This document shows positions 55,555 to 64,000 of a stretch of 64,000 nucleotides of DNA, in pieces. Each line of letters begins with the position of its first letter. Position 1 is the stretch's first letter. The stretch is taken from assembly GCF_040938485.1 (NCBI RefSeq), contig NW_027272349.1, positions 620,001 through 684,000 on the forward strand. The letters are read 5' to 3'. The notes beneath the pieces are model-generated. The model searched no databases and had not been told where the DNA came from. It was given only the letters and a program-made list of their open reading frames with translations. Made by a program: the position numbers and the translations under genes. The stretch comes from Diadema antillarum (lineage: Eukaryota).

Positions 55555-57627
55555 TTAATGAGTGCATTTACATTTGAGTAGTAATACATGATGCACCATG
55601 CCATACCCCAGGGTACCATCGTATCCTGGGTTACAGTGTTGTGTAATGTCATCTTGTTTTCATAAGATGTACAATTTCTACACTGCCATCATGGCTGCCA
55701 AAATCCCTATGCAAGTTCAGCCATGTTATTCCTTTTTTTTTTAAAACTGTATAAATCAAATACAAAAAAGTGATGATACTTTTTAATAATTTTTTTCTTG
55801 AAGCGTGTCATTACAATTTTGAACCGAAATTCAGAATGAGACCATTCCAGACCAAGAGCTTGTCCCATTATTACAATACTTTTGTTATGTCTTCTGTGGA
55901 CGGGTAATGCATAGTGTGGTGCTGGTGTCTGTGTGTGACACTAAGGTCATCTGTGTAGTGTGTGATGAGTGTTCATGTTATAATACTTTTGCAAGAAAGT
56001 TTTTTTTTCCACAAAGCACTAACAATTACTGTCACTTAATTAATGGTAACCATGCATATGGTGCTTTAAAAAAATCTACAAAATGGCATATTTCTCTTGA
56101 AAGAAGAAAATTAATAGGGACCATTTTTCAAACACTGTAATGTGTAGACACTGATTTAGTTGCATCAAGGAGGTTTAAGAGAATTAAGTCACAACTGTCT
56201 CATTTCCTTTGCTAGATGTTCGATGCTGCCAGTCAAAAATATTTGAAGCATGTACCAAACTGGATCTGCCACACAGATAGGAAGACAATTGACTCGTGTC
56301 TCACTGCATAATCACCAGCCACTTTCAATGGAAGATATGTCTTTGTGATGGTAATTACTTTTCACCATCTCTACTTATAAAAGATAGGTGATATATGGTG
56401 GTAAAAGACACGGGGATGTGCGAATAGAAATTGGGCAGAAAATGGTCAAATAAAAATGAAAATTACTCAACTGGGCGTGCCTGGGCACTAATCTGGTATA
56501 TCTATCAATAAAGAATTTTGCTTGAAGATTATTCCATATCAATTTTATTTGGGGGAGTTAAATGGAAAAGTGATAAAATTGGCTTTCCAGTATGATACAG
56601 TTTTCAACACTTTCACACGATACAGCTCTGATTTACACTTTTGCACAAATTTCTGGACTGGATTGACTTTTGCCGTACATGCATTATCATGAAGTGAAAT
56701 TTCATTTCGTTTAATGAATAAACACGCAAAATATAGTCGACATTATGTTTACATTAGAAATGGATCTTCAGATTGCTCAACTAGACGGCGGCATCGAACA
56801 TCGATCATCAAAGGCACAAATGCGCATCTGTGGAATTCTTTTGTACATCAATAGAAAACTGACAACTGTTTGAATAATTACAGCCAGTTGGAACTCCAGC
56901 TATCAAACCTCCTTGGTTGCATAGAGTTTGCCGTGGGAAGAAACCTTTCTTATTCATGTGTCGTATGTATGTACTGGTATATGTGTATATATGTCAGTCC
57001 TTTCAGTGCCTGTCTTTCAGAGAGACCAAGACAGAGACAGAGAATGGGGGTACTGTCTCATGAAGTAACCCAATTTTTACCATGTGAAAGAGGAAAAAAG
57101 AGTTGGCACTTTGAATATATTCTTCACCTTTGTAGACAAAGAAGAGAGAGAGAGAGAGAGGGATCAGGGAGAGGGGGAGAGAGGGAGAGAGAGAAATCCA
57201 TTCTAGTCTTCAATATTATTTTTGTTTACTATGCCAAAGAGCACTTCCATATTTGAGCAATTGGCTCTGCATTTGTTGGCCGAGACCCATAGAAGCACTG
57301 TGTTAAAACAAAATTAGGCTTCGGTGTGGGAGATATGCATTTGATTTACAGTCCACTTTCCATTTCAGACATAATGGGCATCATTCTCCATCTATTGATT
57401 TGTAATTAATGAAAACTGTCCAACCGAACCATTGTGATCTTTGCATTTCTACGTTTTCGTAAGAAACCAGGAATTACAGATTTCGCAATTCACAATTTTT
57501 AAGATATCAATAGCAGAGCTACCAAGTCTCACGCATTCTGCGCGAGACTCGAGCATTTAGGGGCCATCTCACGAATGGCACCCATTTTTCTCAAGCATCG
57601 GGCGAAGTCTGCAACTTGGGCCTATAA

Positions 57628-60105
57628 TCTTCTTCTTCTTCTTCTGTATATTCTGCCTCCTTCAATCCTGAAGATTCTTGCAGATTTACATGCGTGTGTG
57701 CGTATCATAAGGGCACCCGAGTGTGCAGTACCTGGATGCAAGGTGCATTATTTACATGGTGCAAGTAAAAACCTGTTGCTCGGTTTACTCCACATCTTCC
57801 GTCAGGCGATGACGGAAGACCTCCACAGACGGTGCCAGGATGACCTCTTGGGGCAGGCTGTTCCACTGCCGTACTGTGCGAGGAAAGAAGGACTGTTTGT
57901 GTTGTTCTGTCCTGGAGATGGGGACCAGATAGCCATATGGATGAACTGTCCTTGTTTGTCTTGTGATGGGGTGGATGGGGTGGTGGTCCATGTTGATGTC
58001 TACCAGTGAGTTGTGCATCTTGTACAGCATGGTCAGCCTGGGGGGCGTTTCATCAACGAGTTCGTCGGAGTTTTCACCGACAAATTTGCTAGCAGCCAAT
58101 CAGACGCAAGAATTTCATTAGCTTTTGATAGTTGTCAGTGTAAATCCTTGCGTCTGATCGGCTGATAGCAAATTCGTCGGTGAAAACCTCCGACGAACTC
58201 GTTGATGAAACGCCCCCCTGGAGGCTTCTCTTCTTTTCTGAAGTGAAGGCCAGCCAAGTTGTTCGAGCATTTCTGACACGCTGGAGGTATTATGATACCG
58301 ATTTAGCACATATCGTGCAGCGCGTCTCTGGATCATTTCCAGCTGTTGAATGCATCCAGCTGTGTAAGGATCCCAAACTGAACATCCATGTTCAACAAGA
58401 GGACGCACAAGTGCCTGGTACGCTGTCGTCTTGAGTTGGGTTGAGTGGATGCGTAGATTACGTCGGAGGAAAGCCAGGGTGTTATTTGCCTTGTGGCAGA
58501 TGTTCGAGATGTGTTGGTTCCACTTGAGGTTGGTTTCAATTGTGATGCCCAAGTATTTGGCAGATGTGACAGTGTCCAGGACTATGCCATTCAGAGTGTA
58601 TTGATGATGATGTCTAGTCCTCTTTCTGGTGACTGTTATTGCGTGGCATTTACGGGGATTGAGTTCCATTTGCCAGTCACTTGACCAGTTACGGTACTGA
58701 GTTTATCCAGGTCTTCTTGTAGGAGCCTGGCATCTTCATCTGACTGGATGGTCATATACATGATGGTATCATCTGCAAATAGCCGAACTGACGTGGACAT
58801 TTCTGTGGGCAGGTCATTGATATAGAAGAGGAAGAGACAGGGTCCAAGGACAGATCCTTGTGGGACTCCAGATTCAACTTCCACTTCAGATGAGGTAGTT
58901 CCATCTAAGACGACTCGCTGTCTTCTGTTTGTGAGGAAGTTTGTTATATCCATCTGATGTTATGGCCTCTTACTCCGTAGTACTGCAACTTGTGGAGTAG
59001 TCTTTTGTGTCCAACTTTGTCGAAGGCCCTGCTGAAGTCTGTGATGATGATGTCTGTTTGCTTGTTCTCCTCCATGTTGTTTATCAGGTCACTGATGAAA
59101 CTGATGAGCTGGAGTTCGCAAGACTTCTTTGCCCTGAAGCCATGTTGGAGTGGGTAGAGGATGTTGTTGTTGTTTGCATGGCTCATGATGTTGCTTACGA
59201 TGATATGCTCCATCATTTTGCAGGTAGGCCTAATGCATGTAAGTGATATTGGCCGGTAGTTTTCTGGGTCTGTTTTGTCTCCTTTCTTGTGCACAGGAGC
59301 CACGTTAGCAAGACGCCAGTCCTCAGGTACATCTCCTGACTGATATGACAGCTTGAAGATAGTGCACAGTGCTGGGGCTATGGTCTTGGACATCTTCTTG
59401 AGAACTAAGGCTTGAATTCCATCAGGTCCAGGGGCCTTCCTGGTGTTGAGCCTTCCCAGCATCTTTTCTATGCCTCCTGTAGTGATGTTAATATCAGGCA
59501 TGGTGTTGAAGGGTGATACATCAGGAAGAAGGTTTGGGGGTAGGTCAGCTTCAGCGGTGAAAGCCTTCCTGAACTGATCATTGAGTACTTCAGCTTTGGC
59601 TTTTGGAGCAGTCACGTTCTGATCATCTGTCTTCAATAGGGGAATTCCACTACAGTCAGATCTGTTGTGTTTTATGAATCTCCAAAACTCTTTCATGCCA
59701 TCATATTGGTTGGAGTCATCATCAGGTGTGAAGATTGATTCTAGGTGTCTCCAATATGCCCTTCTTGTTTCAGCTTGGATGAGGTTTTTCAATCTACGAA
59801 TCTCCTCCTCTGTCGCCACTGGGATGGGTTCGTGTCTTTTTCTGTGATGGTTGACTTTCTTGTGTAGCCTGTCTCTCTTCTTCATGAGTTGCCTAATCTT
59901 CCCATTTATCCAAGGCAGGTTTTGTTTTGATCGCAGCATCTTATGAGGAATGAATTTGTCAGTTCCCAACTCAATGCCAGTTCTGAAGAGATGCCACAAT
60001 TCATTCACTGATGTGGTAGCTGCTCTAGATATAATATCTGAGGCTACTTGTTCCATGTGTGCTTCAAAACTGTCCCAGTCTGCCTTGCTGTAGAGAGCAT
60101 AGCTC
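57628..60105 (-). mobile_element. 5'-truncated non-LTR retrotransposon (CR1/L2/Jockey-group LINE), inactivated
   Basis: RT-region ORF pieces 58944-60107, 58636-58953, 58118-58669 and 57785-58099 contain KAPGPDGI, NYRPISLT, QHGFR, DFSRAFDKV, PQGSVLGP, LFADD, KYLG and SFFPRTVRQWNSLP. 3' stem-loop CTTCA-ATCC-TGAAG (57660-57673) and (GAA)n tail (57628-57645). No endonuclease domain; two frameshifts and a MITE insertion. Confidence 0.95.
58041..58217. mobile_element. PIF/Harbinger-like MITE inserted in the LINE
   Basis: TIR GGGGGCGTTTCATCAACGAG...CTCGTTGATGAAACGCCCCC with perfect CTG TSD (58038-58040 and 58218-58220); removing it restores RREASRLTMLYK. Confidence 0.9.
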
Positions 60106-60575
60106 AAAAGATCAAAGTTATAGTTGCAAATGAAGGTATACTTCCCTTTTGTCTTTCAAAATAAGTAAAAAATAGTCACTTAAGTATGCACCTGATCGCA
60201 CCAAAGAGCTAAAAATTGAAAAAGCTCCCTACCGTGGGAGGCCACAGGGGGAAAAAAACCCTCCCACACCCTCGCTCGCGCGCACATTAGCATGCCGAGA
60301 TGCCGAGTCATGAAAATCTCACTCATAAAATCTTTTTGAACTTGGCATCCCTGCAATAGGTCTAGAGATAATAATGACTAGAGGCTGAGAGCTTACGGCG
60401 CTTTCTCAAGGACTATTAAACATCAACGGTTGAATGGCGAACACGTGCATTATGTTTACAACCGAAACATAACTGAGGAGTTTCCCTTGCACGCGCGTGC
60501 AGTATGGCCTATTTGTACTGCATATGGGACGGAAGGCAGCGTACTGCACTGTGTACGTGCACGCACGCGCGTACA

Positions 60576-60588
60576 GTGTCCTAGCAAC
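60576..60588 (+). promoter_or_regulatory. RFX X-box in the RSPH14 promoter
   Basis: GTGTCCTAGCAAC fits GTNNCC-N-RGYAAC; about 75 bp upstream of the ATG, in a CpG-rich region (60400-61000). Confidence 0.7.
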
Positions 60589-60662
60589 ACAACGCGACCT
60601 CGTATGCGGTGAACAGCGGTCTCGTGTGTTGTTAGAAAAGTATCATCAGACGCTGAGGAAAC

Positions 60663-60755
60663 ATGGCCACCACTCGGATTTCGACACAGTTACCACCGAA
60701 TATAGATGTAACTAAGGCCCCACTCGCATATGGAGACAGAGCTCTTCCCAAACTG
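60663..60755 (+). CDS. RSPH14: Radial spoke head 14 homolog (RTDR1), exon 1
   Basis: AAACATGGCC start; MATTRISTQLPPNIDVTKAPLAYGDRALPKL followed by a perfect GTAAGT donor; matches the recalled human N-terminus ending [22 protein letters not shown]; below the ORF-track length cutoff. Confidence 0.88.
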
Positions 60756-61444
60756 GTAAGTATAAGCGGGCAAACAAAGAGCATTTTAATGGACGGTTGG
60801 TAGTTGCAGCCAACGCAAACACATATCTCTATGCATGGGACTGCATTGTCCGGCGCATCCCGCCACTTGTAATACCTGTGCTGTGGCTGTGCTGTGCCTG
60901 TATGAAGTCAGTATTTTCCCAACACTTTGCGCGAAAATGTAGAATATCCCGCTACAGATTTCCTGCCAGAAGTTTCCTTAAAGACATGGACAACTACTGC
61001 AGTTTACTATCGTAAAAAACCACCAACACTCTAGGGCTACTTTACATTTATCTAGCCTAAATAGAAATGATTCCTGGCTGGAATGCACTGCCACTGCCAC
61101 TGCTGCTACTGAATACTGTCTTCAGGAGTCTTTTTTTCTTCTTCTCCTCCTACGTTAGCAACCAACAATCATCAAGATGATTGTTCCGTCACTTTTGGTA
61201 GAGAGCTAGAGGTTGGCAGTGTACTTTGCAGATTTTATTTTTTTTTCATAATTACCTTTGATGATAATTGCATTGCAAATAAGGGACTCAATTTCAATAA
61301 ACTTGAAAAAAAACCAACAGTAGGACCTAATTAATAATATTAGTTTCTAAGCAGAAATAAGTAGAAATAAATAAATTAATAAATGGCTCGTAGATGATCA
61401 GCTACTCTCGTCTTGAGGCCCTTGACACAAAAGTGTCGATGGAA

Positions 61445-61516
61445 GTGGCCTTCCAACGACTTCCTGAGAGAGTTCATTCCACTGCTTGATGGTGCGTGGC
61501 AGGAATGAATTCAGAG
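61445..61516 (-). mobile_element. LINE 3' fragment
   Basis: Minus strand reads NSFLPRTIKQWNELSQEVV. Confidence 0.65.
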
Positions 61517-61523
61517 TCAAGTA

Positions 61524-62453
61524 CAGTGGAAACTCGATATAACGAGATGGTCGGGACCAAGTCATTTTCCTCGTTATAGCCGATATCTCGTTATATCAGT
61601 AGGCATAAAAGAAGGCATAAAATAAAGACATTAATTTGCACATGTGGGACTACCCATCATATTTCAATCAATACTGATAACTTGATATTGTGTGTGAGGG
61701 AATTACTCACCTTTATGGGTAAGAAGATGTTTTTCGCCAAGGAAATCCAATATCAAGAATGTGTTTCTTATTAATTGTAGATGTTTGAATTTGTAAATTT
61801 ATATAGCTTGCGATTGTATCAAGATCGTCTGTGGATTGTTATGTGGTTATCGTTTGGGTGTGTGTTGTGTGGAAAGCTTGAATATGGTCTGCACAATGCT
61901 GTGTGTGTATGTGACACATTCTGTATGTACATTATGACTGCGTGTGTGTGTGAAGACGGGGAATTCCCTAAGTAGAAGGCCAATCACAGCATCAGATTGC
62001 CTCACACCTGCTAAACGTCATGATGATGTCATGTATACATATGGCCGTCCCATCACATTTTCTGCATGTATCAGTGTGCGTGCACACACACACTTCACAC
62101 GTACAACATGCAGTGCTAGCTGGAGTGCACTGAAGAAAATGATTATGTGTATACAAGACAGTTTTTGGCGCATCAAGCTTTACAATCTCGGAAGATGATA
62201 GCACAGGCGAAGTAAAGCTTTACCGAAGGCATTTTGCTTTACCTCGCTATAGCAGGTTTGATTTACTATGTTTTTCTTTGTTTGGAAGTCACAAAATTTA
62301 TCTCGTTATAGCAGTTATTTCGTTATAGCCGATCTCGCTATAAGAGTAGCATTTTACATAGACTTGTGTGGAAGGAAATTTGGGACCGAGAAAATTTCCT
62401 CGTTATAACCGATATCTCGTTATAGCAGTGTTCGTTATACCGAGTTTCCCCTG
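61524..62453. mobile_element. Tc1/mariner-like non-autonomous element (930 bp)
   Basis: TA|CAGTGGAAACTCGATATAACGA ... TCGTTATACCGAGTTTCCCCTG|TA; repeated CTCGTTATA subterminal motifs. Confidence 0.85.
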
Positions 62454-62829
62454 TACTTGTCTAGCCTAAGAACAGTTGGATCTAATTCTAACATCAATAT
62501 GATTGTAGGCCTACATTTGCTATGACTCACTGCACCTGTACTATTCTGCAAAGCTGGCCGCCTAATTGAGTAACTGTCGACCACAGTAGACACCTACTAT
62601 CACCGTAAAATACTCGTTATCGTGTTAGCTGCTTATTCATCTGTGCTTCCTTGGTGGTCGATGCAACTCAATTCAATTTGTGCCATCATTGTCAGTGCCA
62701 AAATATAGCCTCTAAATAGAATTTCACAAAATTTTATTTTTTGAAAAAGGTGCACATTTCCAAGACTTGTTACTAAACATATATTAATGATGAAGGGTGA
62801 AATTATTCCCCATGCCTTCTGAAAGAAGC

Positions 62830-63112
62830 AAGTCAAGTGTTCTTTTAATACTTATGCAAGAAAAGTAAAAATATGTTGAATTTCTGAATTCAGAGTCAAG
62901 TTTTTTCTTTTAATCTTTTTTTTTTTGTTCTACACATGTGACATCACTAGCTGTAGTACTAGTAGTCTTCTCATCCAGCGATTGCACAGATACTTTAAAA
63001 AAATATATCTTTTGAATGGATTGTCCAATTTTTCCCAATCTTTCACTGATGTGTTCTACTAATATTGCTGCAATCACTCAATCCACATGTATATGAAGAT
63101 GGACTTGTCCTT
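62830..63112. mobile_element. Right half of a Kolobok-like MITE
   Basis: TTTCACTGATGTGTTCTACTAATATTGCTGC...GGACTTGTCC|TTAA; same family as 23026 and 27288. Confidence 0.65.
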
Positions 63113-63989
63113 AAGGAAGTCTTGCTGATATCTTGAATTCTGGAAACCAAAATTGTGGTTATACCAAAATGACAGTTTTGTGATTACAATGTTGTGATTA
63201 CAAAATTACGAAATTTAATTGTACCAAAATTACAGTTGTACTCGATAGCTTGATATTAATTGGCTAATTTTTTAGTTTCAGATTGTGTAGGCAGCATACA
63301 GTAAGCCGCAATCTCTCGCAAAGAGCAAGTTTTGAGCGATGACATGAAAGTTGATATAGACGCTTTCCGACAATCAATTTGATTCAAATTCATGTGAGTA
63401 ATTGTAAATAAGCTATCAAGTATATCCTGTGATTTTGGTGCAGTTTGGTTCAATGGAATTTGACATTTCTATGTGGATACGAAAGTACGTGTACATTAGC
63501 CCTGATGTTACTGTATGTGGGTAACTAGTTTTATGTAGTGTCCTGGTATATCCCTAACACTAAAACAGTAACACAATGTTAGTAAGAGGTAAACTGATGT
63601 AGATGAGAACTTGAAGTAGAGCTGTCTGAATAAACTTTAGATATGATTTGTACAATCAAAAAGTAAAAACTGTGTAAGTTCACCTTTTTTTTTTGTATGC
63701 ACCGTATGATTTATTTCATATCCATGCAAGTCAGACAGTAACCTTTGTCATTTCATGTGGAATTTACCCTTCAGAAATGATGTGAGACTGTGAAGTAAAT
63801 ATGTTAATATAAAGCAAATCTGAGTAAAAGATAATGCACTTCAATTCACTGAATTCTTGTTTTGGTGCCAGGACTAGTACCTCATCAGCCATATAGCAAA
63901 TACTGTCACGTCACCTCTCACGTGCATATACATATGTTGTATTCATGTTACTTATTGTTTTTGCCTTTTTGGTTTTGTTACTGCTTCAG

Positions 63990-64000
63990 AATCGTGAGCT
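63990..64000 (+). CDS. RSPH14: RSPH14 exon 2, 5' start (runs off the window)
   Basis: Long pyrimidine tract and CAG at 63987-63989, then AAT CGT GAG CT = NREL in phase 0, continuing LPKL (human continues KEEL). Confidence 0.7.

Larger units (their letters stand above)
57514..60353. mobile_element. hAT-like MITE split by the LINE insertion
   Basis: Left end CAGAGCTACCAAGT, right end ACTTGGCATCCCTG; identical 6-bp flanks CAATAG (57508-57513 and 60354-60359). Confidence 0.65.

Noticed and set aside
56190-56270. Minus-strand exon-like segment (DPVWYMLQIFLTGSIEHLAKEMRQL*)
   Set aside because: Two frames are equally open, no homology recognised and no upstream coding exon found
57575-58009. 144-aa + strand ORF
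   Set aside because: Antisense to the LINE 3' end, running into the MITE

Overview
Eukaryotic, intron-rich, AT-rich genomic DNA. It is probably an invertebrate deuterostome such as a sea urchin; this is inferred from vertebrate-like exon structure and the repeat landscape. I assembled exons by hand from splice sites, reading phase and recalled similarity to human proteins. Three protein-coding genes lie on the + strand. (1) A complete 10-exon mitochondrial NADP-isocitrate dehydrogenase (IDH2-like, CDS 4384-23829, 448 aa). (2) A complete 16-exon Integrator subunit 10 (INTS10, CDS 33499-52740, 721 aa), whose intron 14 has a U12 (minor spliceosome) donor. (3) The start of radial spoke head 14 (RSPH14), which the ORF track misses: exon 1 at 60663-60755, exon 2 starting at 63990, and an RFX X-box about 75 bp upstream. 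The rest is dense with non-autonomous transposons: piggyBac-, Kolobok-, PIF/Harbinger-, Tc1/mariner-, hAT- and Sola-like MITEs, Helentron-type HINEs with 157-160 bp tandem arrays, LINE remnants, and a 5'-truncated 2.5 kb LINE nested inside a MITE. Most notable observations: all three small indels I could locate in the LINE have the TA-x-TA form of Tc1/mariner excision footprints, and such motifs look over-represented in the window; one HINE carries seven identical RFX X-boxes at about 160 bp spacing; INTS10 has a U12 intron; and several CAG-ended MITEs have 5-6 bp target-site duplications. No rRNA, tRNA or CRISPR features were found. Nearly all ORF-track entries are spurious.
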